Positions 23,058 to 36,429 of a stretch of 52,450 bases of DNA are shown in pieces. Every line of letters begins with the position of its first letter. Positions within the stretch are counted from its first letter, which is position 1. The translations under genes were made by a program, and so were the position numbers. Source of the DNA: Octopus bimaculoides (Eukaryota); NCBI RefSeq assembly GCF_001194135.2, contig NC_068999.1, positions 28,394,049 through 28,446,498 of the forward strand, read 5' to 3'. Below the pieces are notes generated by a model. The model saw only the letters and a program-made list of their open reading frames with translations. It had not been told where the DNA came from and made no database searches.

Positions 23058-23147
23058 ATATTAGTGTATAATGATAATAGTAATTCTTCATCTCAGTAAT
23101 TCAGACAAAACTTAATTTTGAAATATTTATTTACTTTCATTTTTCAG

Positions 23148-23416
23148 AAATTGGAAGTAGTTTTACATCTGATGAAGTAAAAGAACTTATTCTTGAGATA
23201 AAAGAACTAAAAAAAGATATGGTATCCAAATCCTGTTATGATGAGCTCAAAGCAGACAATGAACAGTTGCATCAGGAGATTGAGGCCCTAAAGAGTTCTT
23301 TTCAGCGAAAATTTCGCAATATTGTTAATGAGCTGGATGAAGAAAAGAAAGTTCGTCTGAATATGCAAGTGGAAATAGACAGGATGAAAATGTTAATCTC
23401 TGAGTCTACGATCTGA
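23148..23416 (+). CDS. CD2AP/SH3KBP1: CD2AP/SH3KBP1-like terminal coding exon (C-terminal coiled coil)
   Basis: Acceptor TTACTTTCATTTTTCAG|. Encodes EIGSSFTSDEVKELILEIKELKKDMVSKSCYDELKADNEQLHQEIEALKSSFQRKFRNIVNELDEEKKVRLNMQVEIDRMKMLISESTI*. ELDEEKKxRLxxQxE is the CIN85/CD2AP C-terminal signature. Confidence 0.9.
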
Positions 23417-26400
23417 AAGTTGCTGACTGCAATACCTGCTGTTTGGAGAATGTAACAAAATTAACCATTTTCTTCTTCCATATTTCCCCACCCATACAGA
23501 CATTTGCCTTGTCTTTCATCATAAACATTCATATTCATATATATAATCCATTTCCACTCACTCTTATTATATGGTCGTATTTTTTATTTTAATTTGAAAG
23601 TATTGGAAATGTAAATTGTACTTATCATTTAAAAACTTTCTCGGTATCCTATATGGTGCTAAAGGCATTATTAGGATTGCAATCCAAAAAAGAACCAATT
23701 TACAACATTTTCTATTTGTTGTAGAAATATTTCATAAGCCCATATACTTGTACATAGTTAAATATTATGGGCTGCCTACCAGACTTGTTAGTGTAGAAAC
23801 CAAAAAATAAAAAGGAAAAACATTAGTGATGCGGTGACAATATACTTAACAGCAAATATTGTGAATGCTAAATACATTTCTGTAAAAAATTGTTCTTTAA
23901 CAATTATTTTGTATTTCTATTAAATGTCAAGTCAATCAATTCACAATTATCTGCTGATAAAGTTAATAATTTGGGGGCAACAGCACTATATCATTCTCTC
24001 TCTCTCTCTTTTTCTCCTTCACCAGGTATTACTGCATCCAGTTGTTCTTTACTTACCATCTTGTAACCAATGAATAAAGACTTAAAAAAGCAGTTGACAG
24101 CTGTATCTTAGTAATTAAGAGAGAAATACAAATTAAATGAGTATTCTCTGTAACAAAGATTGAAATGAGTATTCTCTGTAACAAAGATTGAAATGAGTAT
24201 TCTCTGTAACAAAGATTGAAATAGAATATTGGATTTTTCAACTTTATTTCTTTAAATTTGTTGTTAAAATCTCAGTATTTTGTAAGTTTACATTTTTTTC
24301 ATTCATTTCTTTATGTTCCTTAGCTACATGTATTTCTATAATTGCTTTAGGTAATTAACAATAGTTTTTCTTCATTAAATATGGTCGACAGTTTATTTAA
24401 GATCTTTTCACTAAGATTTTTAGAAATGGTTTATAATAGAAGAATAGTTTACTTCCATAATAATCACTCCTGAATAAGATTGAAGTTTTAATATATTTTC
24501 TATAAATATCAGTATTCATTGCATGTTGCTCTCTAAAAGAACACTTATTAATCTCAGTACATAATTGAAGTACCTTTTGTCTTAATGCTTAACATTCCTC
24601 ATTTATTCTATCAACATGTTTTTTATTTCATATGTGAATAATGCCAAGAGTTGGCTCATTGGTAACAAAATTAGCTAAATGTAACATTTTGTTGCAATTA
24701 GTAACATTTTATTGTAAATGCAGTTTGAGCAACTCTTGTAAATGGATCAGCATAGCATTGTTTTCTTATCTGAAACGAAACACTAAATAACTATTAATAT
24801 GTACGGCTGTTGTAATTAAAGTTGATTGTAATATTTAGTTTTAGAATAGCCATTGCTTGCCATCATTTTCTTTTCTTGTGAATGATAAAATATATCTGAT
24901 AGATGACATTGGTTTTGAAAATTCAATTGTGTTTACTTATGAACTAATTGATTTATATAGATAGAATTTTTATTTTATATCAACAAACCCTCAAGTTTAA
25001 AAGTTTAGTGATATTATCCAAATGTATATTTCAAATTAGATCAAATACCAAACATGTTTTGAAATATGTTATATCGAGTAATTTTAAGAAATCAACTTTA
25101 TATTAAATTTTTATCTGTTAGACATAATTATTTTACTGCATTATTTGAGGAAATCATCTTCTATTGATTGCCTTTCTCATGAAATGAAAAATGTTTTGAA
25201 TGAAACGTTCAATTTCATAAGAGAACATGCAGTGCTGCTTCAATTATTCATAAAAATTAAAATGTTTTAAAGTTATTTGACTCTAAAATTAACCTATTGA
25301 AAGCATAAGATTATGTTTATAAAATTCTGTCTTTCAATTTTTGTTGTAGGAATTCATTTACACAACTTTTTAGGAGCATAATTTCAGTATATATAAATTT
25401 TCAGGAATATTCTTATATTTCACTCATAAACCTGTCCAACAATTTTTGTTGTTCTTATTTTATTGGTGGATTTTTCTTTTGCCATCATTTTCATTCTTCT
25501 GCATTAATAGAAATAACACACACACAAATATTGTAATATATTCTTGAAAAGCCAACTAAATTATGACAACAATAAACTTGAAATGGTATCCTATTAGTCT
25601 GTTGTGGTATTTGCACTTTGAACTGTTAATTGAAAGCTAATTAAGATATGACTTGAGGGCTTTTATATGTAAAATTTACTAATCCTACTATCCTGGAGAG
25701 TGTTGATGAACCCCTGTCAACTTCACATGTGATATGTGACAAAGTTTATTGATCAAGACTGCAGATGTGTAGTATGTTTGTTATAACTAAAGTACATCTC
25801 TCAGTCAGTATTATACTATAGCAATACTGTTTCCATTGTGAATTTACAGTCTTAAACAAAAGAGAATTTGCTTAGAGATATTGAGCAGGTCAAGAAATTT
25901 CATAGCTGCTCATATCTTAGAATTCTGTGTGTATGCATGAGAGAGAGAGAGATTTGTAATATAATTCTAGAGGCTTAACTTCTTAATCTTATATATTTTA
26001 CTGACTTTCAAAGTGCTTAATATCATAAGATGTTAAAAGCTGGATCCCATTAATTCCCTTCATTCTTTATTAGTATATTATACTATGAACCTTTTCTTGT
26101 AACATTAGTTCATTATCTTTTTTTAATTAAAATATCAAAGAAAACTGATCTGATTTCTGACAACCAAGTTGTTTACAGTCTCTATTCAAGGTGTCTTTTG
26201 TCACCAAATTTTCACTTAGCAACACTTTCTTTAGTGTAATTTATTATTATTATATATATATATATATATATAATTTATAGAATTGTTACATTAAAATAAA
26301 GAATTTGTTAGGATACAGTTTGCTGCTTTATATTTTGTAACATTGATTCTTTCAAAAATGTTTCCATTTCATAGATTTACAATTTCTGTTTAATTGTAAA

Positions 26401-27240
26401 CAAATTAACTAAGAACTCTGGCTGGATATTGTAAAGGAGGAGCTTATTCAAAAGAGCATTTATAGTTTATATCTGCTATGGCTGAACTAATAATGATTAT
26501 AATAAATAGTTACAATAACTTATAATAGTAAATACTTTAGAGCAAAAGATATGCTCTCAACAAGGTGAGACTCCAAAGCACTGTCAATTCTTGATCAAAG
26601 CAATGTAGTTCACTTAACCTGTTAAGTTCTCTTAAGAAAACGCACCTTTGTAAAATATTTGCTCAATGAAAAAGATATGAACATTAATTATCACAAGCTG
26701 ATTGAATGCCTTTCAGTATTTACTTTCATCCTTCTGTGTTCTGAATTGACTTTTCTTTCTTTGCATCTAGGCTTGATGAATACCAATCATGGTTTATTGT
26801 CATTCATTATATCATTACTTAATAAATTCAGCAAGTTAAAATGTGTGTTCTTTTCTTGAAGTTAATTTACTAATTCTACATAATGTTAACAAATACATCA
26901 TAGCATTTATCAAAACAGGTTGGTTTGTTTTTATCTCTTTATTAAATACACAAAGTATATTATTGAAACTGTTGTAGCTTATTGATATTTTCTAATTTGC
27001 AATATAAAGTCAGTAAAGTCACGATATAATCATTAAAATCTTTATGTTTTTAAAACAAAGATTGTCAGTTATCTCCAAGAATAAAACTTTCTTTTAATTT
27101 AAAGAAAACTAATTCGTTTTGAAACACAGAGAAAAATTCTTAATGCTACATATTTTCTCTATTGTCCTCTCAAAGATTAAATATAATATTGTTTAAAGCA
27201 AAAACCTTATTTTGCAATGCAGTAATTCTGCTTTTTATTA
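23417..27240 (+). other. Probable long 3' UTR (extent uncertain)
   Basis: AU-rich, ~3.8 kb with no recognisable transposon fragment in an otherwise TE-saturated window. AATAAA at 24073, 26501, 26821 and 27080. Confidence 0.45.
24135..24218. repeat. Perfect tandem repeat, 3 x 28 bp
   Basis: AAATGAGTATTCTCTGTAACAAAGATTG at 24135, 24163 and 24191. Confidence 0.97.
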
Positions 27241-27347
27241 AAATTAAGTAATTTACAATGCTGAAAAGAGTTTTTGACTGGAGGGGGGGGGTCATCCCCC
27301 CAACCCCGTCTACCTGTGTAGTTTACAAAAGTTTATTTCGTTCATCC

Positions 27348-27577
27348 NNNNNNNNNNNNNNNNNNNNNNNNNNNNNNNNNNNNNNNNNNNNNNNNNNNNN
27401 NNNNNNNNNNNNNNNNNNNNNNNNNNNNNNNNNNNNNNNNNNNNNNNNNNNNNNNNNNNNNNNNNNNNNNNNNNNNNNNNNNNNNNNNNNNNNNNNNNNN
27501 NNNNNNNNNNNNNNNNNNNNNNNNNNNNNNNNNNNNNNNNNNNNNNNNNNNNNNNNNNNNNNNNNNNNNNNNNNNNN
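27348..27577. other. Assembly gap (other gaps at 1937-1946, 5645-5711, 28449-28465)
   Basis: Runs of N. Confidence 1.
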
Positions 27578-27619
27578 GAATGGTTTGGGTTATAATTTTT
27601 TTTAAAATAAGCATTCCTG

Positions 27620-27673
<54 letters not shown>

Positions 27674-28251
27674 TATATTAGTCTCAATGAACTGAAAATA
27701 ATTTGTTCATGTAGACAACAATGATGTTTGTGTGAATTTAGTTTTATTCCCTTTTCTGATCAACAACTTCTGTGAAGTTGTTCTCATCATAATTTATCTT
27801 CTTGTTATTATCTCCTTTAACCAATTGTATGCTTCATATATCAAATCCAAAAATTCTATAATTATTAGAATCTCTGGAGAGACGTGTCTTGTAACCACAT
27901 AGCATGGACTAATTTTTTAACTGAAGTGCTGGATTTGTCAATGTAGTTTGCCTACATCCCATCATTAGATCACTAATGTAATGTGTCTTTGAATAAAATC
28001 AGATTCAATAATGTAGTTGAAATAGTTTCTTTCTTTATCTATTAAACGAAACATTTGTCTGAAAGTATGTTGTCAAAATCATTTATCTTACTCTAAAACT
28101 AAATTCTGAGTAATTTTCTTCTATTTTATCAATCTCTCATTTATCTTTCTACTTATAAATATGATGTCCAATAAGATGCATAAAATTGTATGGTTATGTT
28201 AGGGGTATGAAAATGATAAGAGTTGACTGAAACAGTAGAAAGTTAAATGCA

Positions 28252-29774
28252 TGTTGTGACATCAATTAGGCATAGAGTAGATTCAAACCTGAATTGGCAA
28301 ATTTCCCATGATGTTTCAACAGCACTTTTCTCACAGAAAAACAATAGTGACAACAGTTACAATGAACACATAGCTTTGCTAAACCAATTTATGTCTTTGC
28401 CACTTGATCCTTCTTACCTCTTGTATGTGGGGGGGAGATCGGAAGAGCNNNNNNNNNNNNNNNNNGGGGGGGGGGGGGGATAGAATCGAGATAACCGGTT
28501 GACCCACCCCCTACGAAAGCTATTGTTCTCAACAATATGTCTCTTCTTCTAGTTTTGTATAGTTATAAATACAAGAACTCCATAAGCCAAAGTCAGTTAG
28601 TGAGAACTGAGTAGGTTGACCGGCTGAATGAAACGCCGTCATCAGAATGAAAAGGCACAGAGGGACAACTATGGTAACTCACCAACGAAGCAGTTGTTGT
28701 GTCCCACCACTCTTGCTCTCACTAGCTCACTTTCTTTTCTCTACGACATTACCCTATCTTTATCTGTGGTTTACTACTCCGCAATGACAAGAACACAAAC
28801 TATACAAGGAAAATCTACAATATCTCTCTTTACCTTGCATGCTTTACAAATTATACCAGCCCCTCATGGATTGGCTATATACAAAGTAACAGTAATGAAT
28901 ATTTGTTTAAAACATCAATCACTGTTCTTTCACCTTGCACATCTGCAACATTGACCACCTGATACAATTGGTAACTGCTGACCGCCAACATATATCATTA
29001 CATTCACTGTTACAAATGGTGACCACAGACTCCACCTAAAATACTATTACAAATGGTGATCCCCGTCTACAAAGAACCACTGCCTTGTGATGCACCTTTG
29101 TTCAGCTTGTTACAGAACATGTCACAAAAAGCACTATACTGCAATGCAATCTGTGATTCACTTCACTACAATGCAACACTCCCAATGCACAAAGATTTTG
29201 CTGACCATAGAATCCCATAAACACAGCATCTCAACAACCACCTGCCCAGAAACTAACTGGAAGAAAATATGGAAGCCCACACATGCAACCTTTTCAGCTC
29301 ACACACTTTTCATCTCATCCCGATGTACAGACACTGCATTATCTACAAACTTTTCTGCAAATTTAAGACTCTCATGTAGACTTTCAACAACCCCTTTTTC
29401 TTTGCATGCACCACTTTTTTTTTTTTCTCACTTTTCAGCAGTAGACTTTTAACAAAGGACACTATTTTCAGCTAAGTTTATCACTTTTGTTTATTCATTT
29501 TCATACTGTTTGTTTTTTTTTTGCTGCTTCATACAACGTTCATACATTCACATTCATGCATCACACCATGCCCTTCTCACTTGTTTCTCATCCTCTCTGC
29601 ACCCTTGTAGACTCTTGGTCAGTCACGTATTTAATGGAGAGAGTTGTTTGTACTTTACAACGCACCAGCACGCCTCACTTTCACTTTCAAAGCATTTAAT
29701 ACCTCAATCACTGGCATCTTCAACACTGTATTTGTAATCACTGCACTAGCATACTGCCTCAGCCTTGAGCCCAG

Positions 29775-29827
<53 letters not shown>

Positions 29828-31215
29828 CAACTCTATTATGCCTCAATTGCCTTGTTTTCAACATGTCGGTGCTCACTCAGCTCTTTTCCTGACTCACTGC
29901 ATGTCAGATGTTCACATGCTCTCTGCGCTCTTGTTTAGACATAACTTCCCTCTGCTAAACCCCTGTTTGGTCACGTAATGAATAGAGAAAGTTACTTGTC
30001 TCGCACATCACTCCAGTATGCTGCAGTCTTTCTTGCTAACCTCGGTAATTACCCACGACAATAGTGCCAGACACATTTCACTTCTCAAAAACCTTCAAGG
30101 CATCTTACAATGCAATCCTGCAAGAAGATCTGTGATATCATGGATTGAGAATACACTCACTGATTCACCTGAGCTTATTCTACGATAAATTTTGATAATT
30201 GCACCTGCACTCATGTATACGCCCTCATGTGCACATACATGCTAACTCATTCCCACACTGCCCAATCACTGACTGCACATTTTTGCACACAAAGCGACAC
30301 CACTATTCAGACCTATCTGAATAGAAAATTGTCCTATATACACTTCAATGATCCTTTCTCCTGATATGTGAAATTTTTCCTCAGCCATGCATTTCCTTCT
30401 CCTCCTGGATCATTAATTTCTTTTTCTTAGAAACTCTCTGGAAGTAAGTAATGTAGTGACTTCATTTAGGCATAGAGTAGATTTGAACCTGAATTGGCAA
30501 ATTTCCCATGATATCTCAACAGCACTTTTCTCGCAGAAAATCAATAGTGACAACAGTTACAATGAACACATGGCTTTGCTAAACCGATTTATGTCTTTGC
30601 CACTTGACCCTTCTAACCTCTTGTATGCAGGGGAAAATGGATTTGAGATAACAGGTCAACCCCCAACAAAATCTATTGTTCTCAATAATATGTCTCCTCT
30701 TCTAGCTAGTTTTGTATAGTTATAATTACAAGAACTTTGTTAGCCAAATTCAGTTAGTGAGAACCAAGTAGGTTAACCATCTGAACGAAATACCATCAAC
30801 AGAATGAAAAGGCACAGAAAGACAACTATGGTAACTCACCAACGAAGCAGTTGTTTCAGCCAACCGCTCTCACTCTCACTAGCTCACTTTCTTTTCTCTA
30901 CAACATTACCCTATCTCTATCTGTGGTTTACTACTACACAATGACAAGAACACAAACTATACAAGTAAAATCTGCGATATATCTCTTTACCTTGCATGCT
31001 TTACAGATTATATTATGCCAGCCCCTCATGGTTTGGCTATATACAAAGTAGTGGTAATAAATATTTGTTTACAACTTCAATCACTGTTCTTCTTTCACCT
31101 TACACATCTGCAACATCAACACCCAATACAATTGGTAACTGCCAATCTGCAACATATATCATTACATTTACTGTTACAGATGGTGACCACTAACTCCACC
31201 TAAAATACCATTACA
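28252..31215 (+). mobile_element. Non-autonomous LTR retrotransposon (Gypsy-like), two LTRs plus ~1.4-kb internal region
   Basis: Direct repeats 28252-29051 and 30452-31215, each TG...CA. PBS-like TGGTGATCCCCGTC at 29054, close to the complement of the tRNA-Trp 3' end. Purine tract GGAAGTAAGTAA precedes the 3' LTR. No recognisable gag/pol; no clean TSD. Confidence 0.8.
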
Positions 31216-31779
31216 CATTTTAATAACTAGTTTTCTCTCTCCATTTTCTGAGTTCATATTCCTCTGTATATGACAACCCATGCCAGTATGGAAGACCGGC
31301 ATTAAATCATGATGATAATGATGATGGTTCAATTGATTATAAAAAAAATAGGAAGTCCAAAGTGCTTCACTATGTTGGTTACTCAATTCTTAATAGCATA
31401 AAATTTTAATGACTTGAAGATATTTAACAACATTTACATATATTTCAAAGGACATGAATGAAAAAAGATGGGAAAATGTAGGTAGAAGAATTTTTTTATG
31501 ACAAAAATGGCGGTTTACAAACTCAAGAATCCAGAAACCTTCCAGAAGATATGTCAGAAATGAAACTTGAATATCTTTTTGGAAAACCATAGACACCAAG
31601 TTATTAAGAGATGCTTTTTTTTTTTTTTTCCAATCCTAAATTTGAGTTGGATGCCTAAATATGACTTCAAACAGAGAAAGCAAATACTTTCTGAGCAATT
31701 TCTAACTACTTACAGCCATTCATAAGTTTTCTTATGTTAGCTTTTTATTCATGAGGAACGTTCGGTTCAGGATGTGCAA

Positions 31780-33605
31780 ATTAGTACTTCTAGACGATAT
31801 TCAAGTAGAGGTTCTTAACAGTTTCCCCATTCTAAGTGCTGCAAAGGGTGGGGTTACAACCAGATCAGAAAAATATATATACATGCATAGCGATAACCAT
31901 TATCTTGGCCTATGCCTCTCAGCCAGGGCTACCTGATGGACAGAAAGATGGATTTTATGACACCCTCTTGCAGACTACCTTGTCGACGAATGACAGGGAC
32001 CTTCGCTTTGTGGCTGGTGACTTCAGTGGGCATGTTGGGACAACATGCAGGAGGCATACATTGGAGGCTTTGGTTCCCATAATGAGGAGGGAACCAGGCT
32101 GCTGGAGTTCTGTGATGCAAATGATCTTATGGTTTGTAGCACTAACTTCAGGAAACCTGCCAGTCACCTAGTCACCTACAAATCTGGTAGACACACTAGT
32201 CAAATTGACTACATCCTCACCAGGAAACAGGAAAGATGGCTACTAATAAATGCCAAAACCTTCCCAGGTGAAGAATACATCCCACAACATACACTGGTAG
32301 TTAGTGACTTCAGGATCATGGCTAAATTGAGGCCCAGAAGACAACCAGCATGGAGGAGAAGGGTCTGGAAGCTTAAGGATCCTGTGAATGGACAGAAATT
32401 TAGAGACATATTACTCGAAGCTTTTGATGAAATAGAGAGGGATATAGCATCACATGATGTGGAAGACAACTGGAGGTTTCTACGGGACAACTTGTTGAGG
32501 ACCAAAGACTTGATGTGTTTCATGTTGCAAGACAGTGCATGAGAGAGAATCATGATGTCATAGGAGAGAAATGTGTCTGCATGGAAGACAGCTCACTTGC
32601 ATTTAACGAGGCTGCAAGAAGAGAAACATGGAGACACCACTATGAAAGATTGCTAAATGAAGAGAATGAATGGGAGAAAGAGAGTTTGCTGAATGTCAAG
32701 CCAACAGAGGGACCAGCTATCCGAATTGACAGTACCTTGGTAGATAAAGCAATTAAGGGTATGAAGACAGGGAAAGCCCCCAGCCCATCAGGAATCATCG
32801 CAGAGATGCTTAAAATATCTGGCGGTGTCAGCTATAGTCTAGTCACTCGTATAGTCAACCAGGTGATACATGAAGGAGTCATACCCAGTGACTGTGTAGC
32901 AGCAACATAGTCAACTGCCACAAAGGTAAATGTGACACATTAAATACAAATAATTACAGAGGTATCAAGTTGTTGGATAAGGTAATGAAAGTAATGGAGA
33001 GGGTCATACATAGCCCAACTAATTAGGGAGAGAGTCAGTCTAGACGAGATACAGTTTGGGTTTGTGCCAAGGAGAAACACCACTGATGTTATATTTCTGG
33101 TACGACAACTGCAGGAGAAATACCTAGCCAAGGATAAACCTCTGTACCTGGCTTCCGTTGACATGGAGAAAGTCTTTGACAGGTTTCCCTGATCTCTTAT
33201 CTGGTGGTCAATGAGGAAACTAAAGATAGATGAATGGTTAGTGAGAGCTGTACAAGCCATGTACAGGGATGCTGTCAGTAAGGTGAGGGTTGCCGACGAG
33301 TACAGTGAAGAATTCCGGGTAGGGGTCCACCAAGGATCAGTCTATGTTCACAGCAATATCAAAGGAAGGCTAACTGGGAAGATAGTTTTTGTGTTTGGCA
33401 AATGCTCAGGAGCAATAAATACTAAAACCGTGCAGAGAACAGCTTACATCACATTCCAGGAGAAAAAACTACAAGTAGTTAATAGCTTCCGTTACCTAGG
33501 TGACTAAGTCAGTAGCAGGGGTGGATACTCTGAAAGTGCAGCTTGCCAGCTCTTGTCAAACTGTCCAACCCATGCCAGCATGGACAACAGATGTTAAATG
33601 ATAAG
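31780..33605 (+). mobile_element. RTE-clade LINE, decayed and internally deleted
   Basis: ORFs 31836-32171, 32045-32542, 32515-32910 and 33211-33507 give FVAGDFSGHVG, IDYILTRK, KTGKAPSPSG and GVHQGSV; the RTE tail lies at ~33545-33600. Confidence 0.9.
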
Positions 33606-34289
33606 TGAATGCAGATTTGTGATGGCAAAGTTCCATAATTCTATAATTCCTTGACCATGCTTCACAAAAAGTGACCTTGACCATCTGACCTCACAAAACA
33701 TTAAGGTGCATTCAAAATACCAATTTTAATAAGAAATAATTAAAGGTTCAACAAAGCATGTCTCACCTAGTATGCAATGATAGTTATACTAAATCAAGCT
33801 CAGCATGGGCATATATGCAAACAAATTCCACAAATATGAGACATGTATGATGTCAAGGACCACCAAAATGTGTTGTTTATTTACTTCTAATTGTATAAAA
33901 GACATTTCTGTCATCATAGTGTCAAAACTCGTTAGCTTGAAAATAGTGAAAGTTGCTTGAGTTTGCTGCTTTTTATTTACTGAAGGCACTTAAATCATAA
34001 CTTTTGTTTTCACTTTTATAGTTGCATTTACTTTAAATGATATTGAGAAACTATTTTCAAAGTTATATCAAGCTCCATACATGGGTCTGCATTTGATGAA
34101 ACCAGATCTATCTTTAGAAATGGTGACAATACTAGAAATGTTAAAAGATGGACATTCAAGTTTGTGAAAAACCTTGACATGATAGAGTAAAATGGATTTC
34201 TCTTTTGAAATCAGCACCTCAGAATTACTAGGAAACATGTCCCCAACACCAGACAACAAAAACCATGTTACCCAGCGTTACCAATGATG

Positions 34290-34760
34290 CAAGACTGGGA
34301 GCTGAAAGTCGATCTGAAATAGCAGTTGAAGTTCTCAGAAACTGTTGCTTTGACATCACTAAGGCCTGATGTGGCACTGATCTCAGAAGATTTCAGAAGC
34401 ATCTCCTAAGGTGATTGTGTCAGAACTTCCCATTCTTGGGAGCATTGCATTGAGGAGGCAAACGAGAGAAGATTGAAATATCTTAGCTACTGGAGTTATG
34501 CCAAAACAATAGCTGGCAAGCAAAGTGCAATCACATTGAGATAGAATACAGAGGATTTGCAGGTCAGTAGGTGGAAGGTCATGAAGTTGATTACAGAGGT
34601 TACAGGAGTTGCTGAGATGAGATGACATGAGTTCTGAAGGGCTAGTAATAACTGGACACAAGCTAGGATTTGATCAACCATAACTGGGTTGACTAGGTAA
34701 GGGTGTTTGTTGAGACCAGGAAACACTACTTCTGATGTGTCCGGGTGCATCACAAGATGA
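34290..34760 (+). mobile_element. 5'-truncated HERO/NeSL-like RLE non-LTR retrotransposon (endonuclease domain plus 3' UTR)
   Basis: From 34290: QDWELKVDLK*QLKFSETVALTSLRPDVALISE...WEHCIEEANERRLKY, then after a frameshift ...WQAKCNHIEIEYRGFAGQ. This is the PD..E restriction-like endonuclease signature. Confidence 0.75.
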
Positions 34761-34924
34761 TGTATGAAAAAGCTATATATATAAATGTGTGTGTGTGTAT
34801 ACACATATCTGTAATATTGGTTTTACTCAGTTCCACATGTCCCCAGAACTTTAATGTGGAGTTGAGTCAAACTGTTATTAAATACATGTAACTTTGAGTT
34901 CTACTTTCTTTAGTTTGTTCACAC

Positions 34925-35038
34925 ACTTGTATGTTTATGTATGTATGTATGTATGTGTGTGTGTATGTATGTATGTATGTGTATGTATGTATGTATGTAT
35001 GTATGTACACACACACACACACACATACATACACACAC
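34925..35038. repeat. (TATG)n/(CA)n microsatellite
   Basis: Directly visible. Confidence 0.95.
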
Positions 35039-36207
35039 AAGATGTCTCAAAAATGTATGCAGGCATTGAATGGTTATAAAATCAACATTTGTTAAAGTAC
35101 ATTTCATTTTCCAAATTCAATAGTACCTACAGAGAGAATTTAATGTTTTTTATGAATGCCAATTTTACTGGTCTAGGCTCTGTTGGTAATGGGAAGCAAT
35201 GGTATTGCTAACATCAAGAAATATTTTGTTTGGTATTTGTGCACATTCTCATGCAATGGCTGCCCTCAGTTTGTTGAGTGTTGACAGTTTTCCATTGTAA
35301 GCTTCATCTTTTTTAAGTATCCACATAAAAAAAGTCTAGTGATGTGAGGTCCAGTGAATATGAAGGGTATTCTATTGATCCTCTTCATCTAATCTACCTG
35401 TTTGACAAAATCTCATCAAGGCAGCCTCTTACATTACCATGGTAGTATGGGGGTGTCCCATTCTGCTGGAAATAAACGATGCATCTTCAAAGTCCTCTTG
35501 ACTGCTTGACTGCAGCAAGTTCAAGTAAACGGGACTAGTCACGGTACAGTTAAAAAAGAACAGTCCAGTTAATCCATTTAATAAGCTGCACTGTATTCTA
35601 ACTCCTGGTAAATAAATATGTTGTTCCTCCATTATATCATGGATTCTCAGGTCCCCAGTAGGTGCAATTGTGGAAATTAATTGAGTCATTTATTTTAAAT
35701 GTAGCCTCATAACTTCAAACAATATAAGTGAGCATCTTCCACACGTCTTTGCTAAGTACCACTCACAAAACTCCATTCTTCATTGAAAACATGGACTATT
35801 CTTGGAATGCAACTTTTCCAATAGATGCTTGATTTTGAAATTCCTATCTCATGACTTTCTTGCCACACAGATCTCCTTGAACTCTGGCAATACATTTTTG
35901 ATACCCTTTCTTGCTTTGTAGGGCTTGTTGATGTCTGTGGTCTTCCAGGACCTTCTGAATATTCTCAACAATTTCATCTGCTACAAACTTATCTCTAATT
36001 TGAGTGATGGTAAGTTGCATAGGTGGATCTGTTTGAAACTCCCTCCTAAATTGTCTTTACACTTCAACTGTATTTTCAAACTTGTGGTAGCACTTTAGGA
36101 TAAATTTCCTTTGTTCAGTGCTCATTCTGGTTCCTTTCATTATTTCTAATTCCCTTGTCATTTTAATTTCTTATTACTGCTCTATACATGACTGACACTT
36201 TGTTATA
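35038..36207 (-). mobile_element. Tc1/mariner rosa-like (DD41D) transposon, decayed
   Basis: Minus-strand remnant from ATG 36140 (MKGTRMSTEQRKFILKCYHKFENTVEV). Catalytic region YFQQ(N)GTPPYY...YPSYSLDLTSLDFF has 41 residues between the second and third catalytic positions. TIRs are degenerate. Confidence 0.75.
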
Positions 36208-36429
36208 AAGCATATGTATATTGAGTTATAACTACCAGGTTATTAGTATCATTCTGCCTAAGCAAAATAATGAAATATATATGTTACTCTGCCTCAAAGA
36301 AGATAAAACTAAATGGGACCATGCCATACTCCATTTTTTATTGCTTACTGCATTTGTGTTAACATTGCTTTGTACTAATGCCAACATACGGCACCCACCA
36401 CCAATGGTAGTGGCAAAAATTAACTAGTT

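Noticed and set aside
24135-24218. CRISPR-like 28-bp repeats
   Set aside because: Units are contiguous with no spacers, there are no cas genes and the context is eukaryotic; a simple minisatellite.
28620-28660. CTGATGA on the minus strand in the LTR as a possible third hammerhead
   Set aside because: No stem II-GAAA-stem III arrangement follows. The same test excluded CTGANGA hits near 16229, 42405, 42728 and 45015.
28628-31203. Paired similar ORFs (28247/30456, 28628/30851) as a duplicated small gene
   Set aside because: They are chance frames within the two LTRs; start, stop and frame are not conserved between copies.
31836-33507. RT/endonuclease ORFs as a domesticated host gene
   Set aside because: Multiple stops and frameshifts, and many similar decayed copies in the window.
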